This document shows, piece after piece, positions 41,876 to 50,922 of a DNA stretch of 64,000 bases. This DNA comes from an uncultured Spirochaetota bacterium (lineage in GTDB: Bacteria > Spirochaetota > Brevinematia > Brevinematales > JAOACQ01). Each line of letters starts with the position of its first letter. The stretch's first letter is position 1. The position numbers were made by a program, and so were the translations under genes. The notes beneath the pieces are model-generated. The model made no database searches and was not told the DNA's origin. It saw only the letters and a list, made by a program, of their open reading frames with translations. The stretch is taken from positions 480,001-544,000 of the forward strand of contig CAVYGN010000002.1 in NCBI GenBank assembly GCA_963768055.1, read 5' to 3'.

Positions 41876-43231
41876 ATGTTTTTAAAAGCCTTTTTTTATG
41901 CGGCGCTAATTTTTATTTTCACGGCCGCAGTTTATGCCGAAGATAGCGGAAAACGGGAAAAGGTCGTCATACTGCCGTTTCAAAATGATACGGATACTAA
42001 ACAGTTCAAAAACTCCGGTGTTTTCAGGAAAATATTTTCCAGAACTTTTTTTACATTCATAAGCATCCTGCCGGTCATCGACGTTCCCGACATGGGCAGG
42101 ACTAACGACATAGCTGTTTCATTCTCCAATATCCAGGCTTTTTCCGACAGTGAAAAGGCGAGGATCGTCATTTACGGACGCTACCGTTTATCGGGTCCGA
42201 AAGCAAATCCCAAAATCATCGCGGAACTTACGGCTTATGACGGCGCCGGGAGGACCAATATTTTCAGTAAAATTTATGAAACAACGACCGGACCCGATGT
42301 TTTCGAGGATATAGAAAATATGATCTCCGAAGTCATGAAAAGTTCCCTGAATATCGACGTGAAAAACATCGCCGCCATAAACTTCATGAATTTCAGGATC
42401 GCCAACGAAACATACCAGCTTTATGTGAACGGCCGCCTGATTGCATCCCCGTCCAACACCAACTTTTCACTTGTTTTGAGGGTCATGCCTCAAACAAACT
42501 ATTCAATTTTACTAAAACAGCCGGGGGGCAGGACCGTTCTTAAAACCGATGTAAGACTTGCCCTCAACGGCTCGACCAATATAGGCTATTCGGGGTACGG
42601 GTCCGTCAGGATCGGGGGGATCTATTTGAAAGACCGGTTAAAAACCTACGGCCTCTTTTTTGACAGCGGACAAGTTTCCGAGAACAGCTATCTTTCAAAT
42701 GTTCCCACCGCTTATGCACATAATTTAACCCTTGCTGAAAACCTTACAAACACAAACTACACAACTAATATCGACGTGTACGATAATCAGATCACTGCAG
42801 TCACGCCCGCGGCCGGGGCTTACGGGAGCCTCCATGCAGAACTGTTAAGCCTGGATTTCGATATGGCAAGCCTTATATTTGAGTTTTTCCCTTTCGACCG
42901 CTATTTCTTTGTCGGAGCCGGGGGGGGCTTTTATTACGCTGCCGGTTATTACTACGATATATCCCCCCTTTTAGAAATAGGCTATTACTGGATAGGAGAT
43001 ATGGCATATAATTTCCGTATCGGGACGGGGATTATCGGCAGGGCCAATCTTGCCCTGCCCCTGGGTGCAGACCCGGTTCCCGGCAGCGTAACCCCGGCTC
43101 TGTTCAATATCGGGCTTTTTATCAGCATCGATTTCTATTTCCTGACTTTACGCCCCGAGTGTTATGTTTACCGGAACGACAGCGGGCAGTTCACTTTCTC
43201 ATATACAGCCGCGGTCGGCCTGCATTTTTAG
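41876..43231 (+). CDS. Secreted/outer-membrane protein: CsgG/TolB-N-like domain, two PEGA/Ig-like domains, C-terminal beta-barrel (paralogue of 2444-3859)
   Basis: Signal peptide ..AVYA; VVILPFQN; DVPD; ISPLLEIGYYWIGDM..FRIG matches LSPYLDIGYYFYGDM..FRFG; terminal GLHF. Confidence 0.7.
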   Translation: MFLKAFFYAALIFIFTAAVYAEDSGKREKVVILPFQNDTDTKQFKNSGVFRKIFSRTFFTFISILPVIDVPDMGRTNDIAVSFSNIQAFSDSEKARIVIYGRYRLSGPKANPKIIAELTAYDGAGRTNIFSKIYETTTGPDVFEDIENMISEVMKSSLNIDVKNIAAINFMNFRIANETYQLYVNGRLIASPSNTNFSLVLRVMPQTNYSILLKQPGGRTVLKTDVRLALNGSTNIGYSGYGSVRIGGIYLKDRLKTYGLFFDSGQVSENSYLSNVPTAYAHNLTLAENLTNTNYTTNIDVYDNQITAVTPAAGAYGSLHAELLSLDFDMASLIFEFFPFDRYFFVGAGGGFYYAAGYYYDISPLLEIGYYWIGDMAYNFRIGTGIIGRANLALPLGADPVPGSVTPALFNIGLFISIDFYFLTLRPECYVYRNDSGQFTFSYTAAVGLHF

Positions 43232-43247
43232 TAGAATGGAGCGGCAT

Positions 43248-44399
43248 ATGTTTAATAAAATCGCTTTAATAATAGTCCATAATATCCCGGTGCTGTTAAT
43301 ACCCGCTTTATTATCATGCCAGCTCTTCTACGCTCCGGGGGCTTACGACAAGCTGAACACGTCCTCGTCCTCATCCTCATCTTCATCTCCTGTCATAACC
43401 AACTCGGTTACGAACGTGACATTGTATATCGCTGGCCAGGATCCTGCGGGTGGAGCCCTCTGGACGGTAACCATGAATGGAACGGTTACGAATATCGTTA
43501 AAACCGTCATGCCGAATTCGGTTTCGGCAAGCTGGGTGGCTCTTAACGGAGATACTCTCTATATCGCAGGGAGAAGCGGGGTCTCGCCGAACTATTACGG
43601 CTGTTACTGGACGGTTAAGACAAACGGAGGCACTCCGGTTGAAAACGATGTAACTCCGGTAGATATAACCGGCGGTTACGGTTGCGATCTTTTTTGGATC
43701 GGGTTCGACCCTAATGGAAACCTTTGCTGCACCGGCGATGATGAAAACGATTATCAGTGCTATTGGCTGAACGGCATCAAATATACTGAAAATAGTGCAA
43801 TGTGGGGGATGCCGTACAATCTCGTATTTTCAGGCGGCAATTACTATACCGTAGGGTACAACAACGGCAGCACGACTTCGTGGCTATGCATAAATAACCC
43901 TGTTCAAATATCAATACCGGGCGCAGGGTGGTATCTCGGCGGATTGGTCGTAAATAACGGCGTCATATATGTAAGCGGTACAATGAGTTCCGTTGGAAAT
44001 TCATCTGTATGGATATCTTCGAACAGCGGCGCTACATTCAACACCATCCCGTTGAACGGGACAGTTAATAGTTTCTCATATCCATGCTATTCCGGTTCTT
44101 ATCTGTATTCGCCCGGCATTTCGGCTTCCTCTTATCCATGTTACTGGACTTTAGACAGCCATGGAAATACGAGTCAGATAATACTTGATCATGTTTCCAC
44201 CGGAGAGGTCCAGTTTATAATTGTAACAAACAACACCGTCTTTTCCGCCGGATATGACAATAGTCAACCGGTTTACTGGATCGGCACAAGCGAATATATC
44301 CTCGATACCGGTGCCATATATGATATGATAGGCTTAGTCGTAACATATAATATCGTTAATACGTACCTGCCGCAGGGGAAGAACGGAAAAACACGCTGA
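43248..44399 (+). CDS. Lipoprotein with poly-Ser linker and putative beta-propeller (copy 1)
   Basis: Likely start ATG 43248 (GGAG RBS); lipobox LLS-C; repeated blades LYIAG...CYW. Confidence 0.8.
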   Translation: MFNKIALIIVHNIPVLLIPALLSCQLFYAPGAYDKLNTSSSSSSSSSPVITNSVTNVTLYIAGQDPAGGALWTVTMNGTVTNIVKTVMPNSVSASWVALNGDTLYIAGRSGVSPNYYGCYWTVKTNGGTPVENDVTPVDITGGYGCDLFWIGFDPNGNLCCTGDDENDYQCYWLNGIKYTENSAMWGMPYNLVFSGGNYYTVGYNNGSTTSWLCINNPVQISIPGAGWYLGGLVVNNGVIYVSGTMSSVGNSSVWISSNSGATFNTIPLNGTVNSFSYPCYSGSYLYSPGISASSYPCYWTLDSHGNTSQIILDHVSTGEVQFIIVTNNTVFSAGYDNSQPVYWIGTSEYILDTGAIYDMIGLVVTYNIVNTYLPQGKNGKTR

Positions 44400-45744
44400 T
44401 TTACTCCTTTGCGTCGGTCGTCTTTGTCCCATTATAGGACGAATTTGATTAAAATCCATTTGATAATAAAATAATAATGAATTATAATTTTATTAAGAAT
44501 ATTATTCTCGACCGGTTTGCATTACTTAAAGAAAAATGAGGAAATATGTTTAAAAAAATTATTTTATCATACATGAGATTTATCCCGGCGCTGTTAATAC
44601 CCGCTTTATTTTCATGCGAGCTCTTCTACGCCCCGGGGGCTTACGACAAGCTGAACTCGTCCTCATCCTCATCCTCATCTTCATCTCCTGTCATAACCAA
44701 CTCGGTTACGAACGTGACATTGTATATCGCTGGCCAGGATCCTGCGGGTGGAGCCCTCTGGACGGTAACCATGAATGGAACGGTTACGAATATCGTTAAA
44801 ACCGTCATGCCGAATTCGGTTTCGGCAAGCTGGGTGGCTCTTAACGGAGATACTCTCTATATCGCAGGGAGAAGCGGGGTCTCGCCGAACTATTACGGCT
44901 GTTACTGGACGGTTAAGACAAACGGAGGCACTCCGGTTGAAAACGATGTAACTCCGGTAGATATAACCGGCGGTTACGGTTGTTCTCTTTTTTGGATCGG
45001 GTTCGACCCCAATGGAAACCTTTGCTGCACCGGCGATGATGAAAACGATTATCAGTGCTATTGGCTGAACGGCATCAAATATACTGAAAATAGTGCAATG
45101 TGGGGGATGCCGTACAATCTCGTATTTTCAGGCGGCAATTACTATACCGTAGGGTACAACAACGGCAGCACGACTTCGTGGCTATGCATAAATAACCCTG
45201 TTCAAATATCAATACCGGGCGCAGGGTGGTATCTCGGCGGATTGGTCGTAAATAACGGCGTCATATATGTAAGCGGTACAATGAGTTCCGTTGGAAATTC
45301 ATCTGTATGGATATCTTCGAACAGCGGCGCTACATTCAACACCATCCCGTTGAACGGGACAGTTAATGATTGCGCATATCCATGCTATTTCGGTTCTTAC
45401 CTTTATTTGCCCGGCATTTCGGCTTCCTCTTATCCATGTTACTGGACTTTAGACAGCTATGGAAATACGAGCCAGGTAATACTTGATCATGTTTCCACCG
45501 GAGAGGTCAAGTTTATGATTGTAACAAACAATACCGTCTTTTCCGCCGGAATTGACAATAGTCAACCGGTTTACTGGATCGGCACAAGCGAATATATCCT
45601 CGATACCGGTGGTAATGGTATAGGCTTAGTCGTAACATATAACATCGTTAATACGTACCTGCCGCAGGGGAAGAACGGAAAAACACGCTGATTTACACCT
45701 TTGCCTCGGTCGTCTTTGTCCCATTATAGGACGAATTTGATTAA
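43283..45744 (+). repeat. Near-identical direct repeat: 43283-44452 and 44581-45744
   Basis: Offset 1298 bp (1292 after a 6-bp indel). The repeat starts inside the signal-peptide codons and extends ~50 bp past the stop codons. Confidence 0.95.
44546..45691 (+). CDS. Lipoprotein with poly-Ser linker and putative beta-propeller (copy 2)
   Basis: Lipobox LFS-C; near-identical to copy 1. Confidence 0.8.
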   Translation: MFKKIILSYMRFIPALLIPALFSCELFYAPGAYDKLNSSSSSSSSSSPVITNSVTNVTLYIAGQDPAGGALWTVTMNGTVTNIVKTVMPNSVSASWVALNGDTLYIAGRSGVSPNYYGCYWTVKTNGGTPVENDVTPVDITGGYGCSLFWIGFDPNGNLCCTGDDENDYQCYWLNGIKYTENSAMWGMPYNLVFSGGNYYTVGYNNGSTTSWLCINNPVQISIPGAGWYLGGLVVNNGVIYVSGTMSSVGNSSVWISSNSGATFNTIPLNGTVNDCAYPCYFGSYLYLPGISASSYPCYWTLDSYGNTSQVILDHVSTGEVKFMIVTNNTVFSAGIDNSQPVYWIGTSEYILDTGGNGIGLVVTYNIVNTYLPQGKNGKTR

Positions 45745-45806
45745 TCCCCTTTTTCTCAATATAATTAAACAGTTGTTTTTTTTATCGTCAAGGAGACTGT
45801 TGCATA

Positions 45807-47345
45807 ATGAACTATATCAGCACAAGGGGCAATCACACCCCGGTAGGAAGCGCGGAAGCCATCATGACAGGCATGGTCCCGGAGGGCGGGCTTTTCGTGC
45901 CGGATGAAATACCCGAAGTAGATATAGGAAGGCTTTCAGGAAAATCCTACCGGGATACTGCTTTCGAAATCCTCAAGCTCTTTCTCTGCTCCGAAGAAAA
46001 TTATTCGGAGGCAGGGCTTGCAGAATACATCGGCAAAGCCTACAACTCAGCCAAGTTCGACTCGGAAAAAATAACTCCGCTCCGTTTCCTCGATGAAAAT
46101 ACCGCGGTTCTGGAATTATGGCATGGCCCTACAGCTGCTTTCAAGGATCTTGCGCTGCAGATCATGCCGTACCTGATAACAGGCGGCCTGCAGATCCTCA
46201 ATATCGACAAAGAAATCGTAATACTTGTCGCGACGTCGGGCGATACCGGAAAAGCCGCTCTTGAAGGATTTAAAAACGTTCCGGGCACGAGAATAATTGT
46301 CTTTTATCCGGAGAACGGCGTCAGCCCGATTCAGGAAGCGCAGATGCTTACGACCGGGGGCGCAAACACTCATGCCATAGGCATTAAAGGAAATTTCGAC
46401 GACTGCCAGAATATCGTAAAGGAGATTTTTGCCGACAGCGATTATAATATGCTCCTAAACAAAAAGGGGGTTAAACTGTCAAGCGCCAACTCTATAAACT
46501 GGGGAAGGCTCGCGCCTCAGATAGTTTATTATTTCAGTGCATATTTCCAGATGGTTGAAAACAAGACTATTCTGATCGGGGACGAGATCGACATCTGTGT
46601 TCCCACAGGTAATTTCGGGAACATTCTCGCGGCATTTTACGCACGGGAAATGGGCCTGCCGGTCTCAAAACTCATCTGCGCCTCAAACAAAAACAACGTT
46701 CTCACTGAATTCATCAGGACGGGAGTTTACAATAAAAACAGGGACTTTTTTAAAACGAGCAGCCCCTCGATGGACATCCTTATTTCTTCCAATCTCGAGC
46801 GATTTTTATTCGCCGTATCAGGCGGCAACCCCATAAAAATCGTCAGGTGGTACAATGAACTAAACCAGACCGGCGAGTTCAAAGTCGATGACACGACCCG
46901 GCAGAGGATAGGCAATATTCTTTTCGGCGATTTCGCTACGGAAGAAGAGACATACTCTTTCATAAAAAAGATTTTCAATAAAAAGGGCTATCTGATCGAT
47001 ACCCACACCTCTGTGGGAATAAAAGCGCTCGATACCTACAGGAATTCCCGGAAGAACGTCAAGCCCGCTATTATATGCGGGACGGCTTCGCCCTATAAAT
47101 TCAATTCCTCGGTTTATTCCGCTATTACGGGGGATTCATCGCTAACCGACGAATTCATCATATTAAAGAAATTAATGGGAAAGACAGGCACTCCCCTCCC
47201 CAAATCGATTGAAGAACTTGAGAATCTGGAAATCCGGCCCCGGAGAGTGATAGAAATTGCAAAAGCCCGTGAAACGATCGCCGGCATCCTCAGCCCGGAA
47301 AGGAAAATCCGATTAAGCCTTAAAAAGGAGAGACCTGCTCTTTAA
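45807..47345 (+). CDS. thrC: Threonine synthase
   Basis: YISTRG, GGLFVP, ELWHGPTAAFKD, ATSGDTG, NSINWGR, PTGNFGN. Confidence 0.95.
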   Translation: MNYISTRGNHTPVGSAEAIMTGMVPEGGLFVPDEIPEVDIGRLSGKSYRDTAFEILKLFLCSEENYSEAGLAEYIGKAYNSAKFDSEKITPLRFLDENTAVLELWHGPTAAFKDLALQIMPYLITGGLQILNIDKEIVILVATSGDTGKAALEGFKNVPGTRIIVFYPENGVSPIQEAQMLTTGGANTHAIGIKGNFDDCQNIVKEIFADSDYNMLLNKKGVKLSSANSINWGRLAPQIVYYFSAYFQMVENKTILIGDEIDICVPTGNFGNILAAFYAREMGLPVSKLICASNKNNVLTEFIRTGVYNKNRDFFKTSSPSMDILISSNLERFLFAVSGGNPIKIVRWYNELNQTGEFKVDDTTRQRIGNILFGDFATEEETYSFIKKIFNKKGYLIDTHTSVGIKALDTYRNSRKNVKPAIICGTASPYKFNSSVYSAITGDSSLTDEFIILKKLMGKTGTPLPKSIEELENLEIRPRRVIEIAKARETIAGILSPERKIRLSLKKERPAL

Positions 47346-48550
47346 TCGCCGAAAAAACGCTTGTGAAGAAGACGTACGGTATCATCGGCCCTGTCTTTCA
47401 TGATCACGACCGATATTTTAATTTCAGACGTAGATATCATCTGTATATTGATCCCGGCCTTCGCAAGCTCGTCAAAAACGGACGCGGCGACCCCGGAATG
47501 GCTTTTCATACCTATTCCTACAACCGACACTATTGCAATATTTTTATTATAGCTTACATCCTCCGCATTCAGGTCTTTTTTAAGCCTGTCCATTATTTTT
47601 TCCGTTTCATCGATATCTGTCGATAGGACAGTAAAGGAAATCTGGCTTTTTGAATCCCTTCCGACGCTTTGTACGATCATATTTACGTTGATATTGGATT
47701 CTCCCAGTTTTTTGAAAATTACCGAAGCAACCCCCGGCATATCCTGAATTCCCGAAATATTGACCTGCGTCTCATCGTCCTTTTTTGCGATGCCCGTTAT
47801 TACCATATCTTCCATATAATACTCCTTAACTACCAGGGTACCCTCGTTTTCAATAAAGGTGGATACAACTCTGAGGGGAACTCCGTATTTCATGGCAAAT
47901 ATAACCGAGCGGTCATGGAGGACTTTCGCCCCCATCGATGCCAGTTCGAGCATCTCGTCATGAGTGATGAATGAAAGCTTTTTTGCGTTTTTCACAATCC
48001 TCGGATCCGCAGTATAAATCCCGTCAACGTCGGTATATATATCGCACCTGTCCGCTTTTAAAGCCGCAGCGATTGCGACGGCGGTAGTATCTGAACCGCC
48101 CCGGCCGAGAGTGGTGATGTTCCCGTCTTCATCTATTCCCTGGAAACCGGCAACTACTACAATTTTCCCCTCTTTTAGAGATTTAAGCAATTTTTCCGTG
48201 TTTATGTCGAGTATCCTCGCTTTTGTGAAATCAGCGGTCGTTTTGATCCCGATCTGAGCCGCATTATATGAAATCGCGTCAATACCCAGGTTATGTATAG
48301 CCATCGACAGCAGGGCTATCGAAACCTGTTCGCCTGTCGATATAAGCATATCCATTTCCCTTTTCGAAGGATTTTTTGTCACCTGCTTTCCAAGGCTGAT
48401 CAGGTAATCCGTTGTTCCGCTCATAGCGGAAACTACAACAACGACCTCGTTGCCTTTATTTTTTGTACCTATAACTTTTTCAGCCACATTCCTGATCCTG
48501 TCAACATCGCCGACTGAGGTGCCCCCGAATTTTTGTACGATCAGCGCCAC
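47342..48550 (-). CDS. lysC: Aspartate kinase
   Basis: QKFGGTSV, TTLGRGGSDTTA, TDVDG, two ACT domains. Confidence 0.95.
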   Translation of the reverse strand: MALIVQKFGGTSVGDVDRIRNVAEKVIGTKNKGNEVVVVVSAMSGTTDYLISLGKQVTKNPSKREMDMLISTGEQVSIALLSMAIHNLGIDAISYNAAQIGIKTTADFTKARILDINTEKLLKSLKEGKIVVVAGFQGIDEDGNITTLGRGGSDTTAVAIAAALKADRCDIYTDVDGIYTADPRIVKNAKKLSFITHDEMLELASMGAKVLHDRSVIFAMKYGVPLRVVSTFIENEGTLVVKEYYMEDMVITGIAKKDDETQVNISGIQDMPGVASVIFKKLGESNINVNMIVQSVGRDSKSQISFTVLSTDIDETEKIMDRLKKDLNAEDVSYNKNIAIVSVVGIGMKSHSGVAASVFDELAKAGINIQMISTSEIKISVVIMKDRADDTVRLLHKRFFGD

Positions 48551-48662
48551 AATAATCCTCCACCTGCGAAAATACTGCCGTTATTATACAATAAAATCTA
48601 TATTTTTAAAAGAAACGTAAATTACGAATATCGAATTACGAATTATTGTGATTGAATCGCCC

Positions 48663-48691
48663 TTGACATACCTATCGACCTGTTATAAACT
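48663..48691 (+). promoter_or_regulatory. sigma70 promoter of tmk-dxr
   Basis: TTGACA-N17-TAAACT. Confidence 0.6.
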
Positions 48692-48737
48692 AAACTACTT
48701 TCAATTGACCCGACAAATGGATAGGATGGAAAGTCTA

Positions 48738-49364
48738 ATGGCCGGAGGATTCTTTATTACAATGGAAGGCATCGAGGGCAGCGGAAAATCGACGCAGGCG
48801 CGTTGCCTTTACAATTATCTCATCAGTATGGGATTCGACGCTATTCTGACACATGAACCCGGGGGCACCGACACTGGTGCTATGATTCGCGATATCCTGC
48901 TGAATTCAAAGTCCCTGACGCCTTATTGTGAACTTTTTCTATTTATGGCGGACAGGAGCCAGCATGTCGAGGAACTGATCAAGCCGGCTCTCGCCAGAGG
49001 AGCCATAGTCGTTTCCGATAGATTCTATCACTCCACCTTCGCATACCAGGCGGGGGGAAGGGGCATTGATGGAGAATTAATTAACAATCTTAATGATCTG
49101 GCGGTAAATACCGTCAGGCCCGATCTCACATTTTATATCGATATTCCGCCTGAAACCGGTCTTTCCAGGAAGCGGGCCGCCAGCCATTCCCTCGATAGGA
49201 TAGAAAAAGAGGATCTGGAGTTCCATCGCTCTATACGGGAAGCTTATATTAGGATGTCCCATACCGACAGTACAATAGCCGTAATAAACGGCGATCGGGA
49301 AAAAGAAGAGATATGCAATGAAATCGCCGGGCTGTTCTTTAACAAATTCAATGGAACGGTTTAG
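48738..49364 (+). CDS. tmk: Thymidylate kinase
   Basis: EGIEGSGKSTQ, HEPGGT, DRFYHSTFAYQ; likely start ATG 48738. Confidence 0.95.
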   Translation: MAGGFFITMEGIEGSGKSTQARCLYNYLISMGFDAILTHEPGGTDTGAMIRDILLNSKSLTPYCELFLFMADRSQHVEELIKPALARGAIVVSDRFYHSTFAYQAGGRGIDGELINNLNDLAVNTVRPDLTFYIDIPPETGLSRKRAASHSLDRIEKEDLEFHRSIREAYIRMSHTDSTIAVINGDREKEEICNEIAGLFFNKFNGTV

Positions 49365-49366
49365 AA

Positions 49367-50512
49367 ATGGAAAATGTTGTTCTTCTGGGTGCAACCGGTT
49401 CTATTGGATCTTCAGTTCTTGAGGTGCTTAGAAGTTATCCGTCGGAATTTAAACTTGTCGGAGTAAGCGGCCATAAAAATCTCGCCAGGCTCGGAAAAAT
49501 CGTCAGGGAATTTTCCCCTGAATTTATCTGCCTGACGGAAGAAAACAAGGATTTTATAAAGCAGTTTCCACACCTTTCTTTCGGTTTCGGTAAAAAAGGG
49601 CTTATTGAGTCGGCGAAACTGCCTTCCGCAGGAACCGTGATTATAGGAATCGCAGGTATAGCCGGCCTTTCCCCCTCTCTCGCTGCCGCAGAAGAAAGGA
49701 AAAGGATACTCTCTGCAAACAAGGAATCAATTGTCGCGGCAGGGGATATCCTGAACAGGGTCCTTGCCGGCGCCGGGGTTGGTATTATTCCCTTAGACAG
49801 CGAACATAACGCAATATTCAATATTTTTTCAAGGATCCAAAAAAAATTTATTAAAACCATCTGCCTCACTGCTTCAGGCGGGCCGTTCCTTCGTAAAACG
49901 ATAACTCCTGATGTAACACCTGAGGATGTTCTTAATCACCCTGTCTGGGATATGGGCAAGACTATCACTGTCAACAGCGCCACTTTGATCAATAAGGGCT
50001 TTGAAGTCATTGAAGCTCATCACCTTTTCAACATGGAATATGAGAGGATAAAAGTTCTTATTCATCCCCAATCCCTTGTGCATGGAATCGTCGAAACTAT
50101 TGACGGATCGCAATTTATGGCCTGTTCTCCGAGTGATATGCGTTACCCCATAGCCTTATCGCTTTTTTATCCTGAAATACCGGAACAAAAGTTTCCATCC
50201 CTCGATCTTGCCGGAAGAAAGCTTGAATTTTCAAATCCGGACTATGAAAAATTCCCCCTTCTTAAATTAGCATACGATGCCGGTATTGAAGGCGGCATCA
50301 TACCGGCTGTTCTGAACGCAGCCAATGAAACAGCGGTCGAGTTTTTCCTGAAAGGGGCTATAGGTTTTCCTGAAATTCCTGTAATAGTAAAGCGTACTAT
50401 CGATGCCTTTTCAGCTGAAAATACAAATAAAAAGGAACTTACCCTTGAAGTTATCCTTGAAAAAGATATGGAAGCCAGGCTCTTCGCGAGAAAAATAATC
50501 GAAAGCCGCTAA
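49367..50512 (+). CDS. dxr: 1-deoxy-D-xylulose-5-phosphate reductoisomerase
   Basis: LGATGSIG, ANKES, PLDSEH, TASGGPF, NKGFEVIEA, NAANE. Confidence 0.95.
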   Translation: MENVVLLGATGSIGSSVLEVLRSYPSEFKLVGVSGHKNLARLGKIVREFSPEFICLTEENKDFIKQFPHLSFGFGKKGLIESAKLPSAGTVIIGIAGIAGLSPSLAAAEERKRILSANKESIVAAGDILNRVLAGAGVGIIPLDSEHNAIFNIFSRIQKKFIKTICLTASGGPFLRKTITPDVTPEDVLNHPVWDMGKTITVNSATLINKGFEVIEAHHLFNMEYERIKVLIHPQSLVHGIVETIDGSQFMACSPSDMRYPIALSLFYPEIPEQKFPSLDLAGRKLEFSNPDYEKFPLLKLAYDAGIEGGIIPAVLNAANETAVEFFLKGAIGFPEIPVIVKRTIDAFSAENTNKKELTLEVILEKDMEARLFARKIIESR

Positions 50513-50557
50513 ATCATTGTTCCCTGATTAAAAAATTTAACCTTGATGACTATCTGG

Positions 50558-50878
50558 TTATCTGTTCGATAAGAGGAATTTATATACCATATCGCCAAGG
50601 CCTATGCCGCCCGATTTCGATATTAACTTCGAGTATTCACTATAAAGCATGTCTTCAAAAATATCCTGTTTGAGCCCGCCGTTAAGCCATTCGTCTTTGG
50701 GGACTGTATTCCTCATAGATTTGAAAAGCTGTTCAATAAAAAGCGATTCAAATTGACTGGAAGTTTCTCTGATTTTTTTCTCATCCATACCCTTATAATT
50801 TCTTTTTCCAAGGGTATCAATCCTTCCGTTTTCCATGCTTTCCCTGGCGGAAAACAGGCTCTCGCTCCCGATCTGCAT
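50558..50878 (-). CDS. Stand-alone rod-binding (FlgJ N-terminal-like) protein
   Basis: QFESLFIEQLFKSMRNTVP..DIFEDML..GGIGLGDMVY; no muramidase domain. Confidence 0.85.
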   Translation of the reverse strand: MQIGSESLFSARESMENGRIDTLGKRNYKGMDEKKIRETSSQFESLFIEQLFKSMRNTVPKDEWLNGGLKQDIFEDMLYSEYSKLISKSGGIGLGDMVYKFLLSNR

Positions 50879-50895
50879 ATTAATCTCCAGCTTTA

Positions 50896-50922
50896 TTATC
50901 GGCCGGAGATAAGAACCCTTTA
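50896..50922 (-). promoter_or_regulatory. sigma28 (FliA) promoter
   Basis: Exact consensus TAAA-N15-GCCGATAA immediately upstream of the rod-binding gene. Confidence 0.85.

Noticed and set aside
43361..43390. Phase-variable microsatellite (TCCTCA)n
   Set aside because: It encodes an in-frame poly-Ser linker of the same length in both copies, and a 6-bp unit cannot shift the frame.
43283..45744. Diversity-generating retroelement (TR/VR pair)
   Set aside because: Differences between copies are not adenine-specific (many C/T and T/G changes), both copies are full ORFs, and there is no reverse transcriptase in the window.
48619..48645. Short repeat AATTACGAAT x2
   Set aside because: Too short and AT-rich to support a function.
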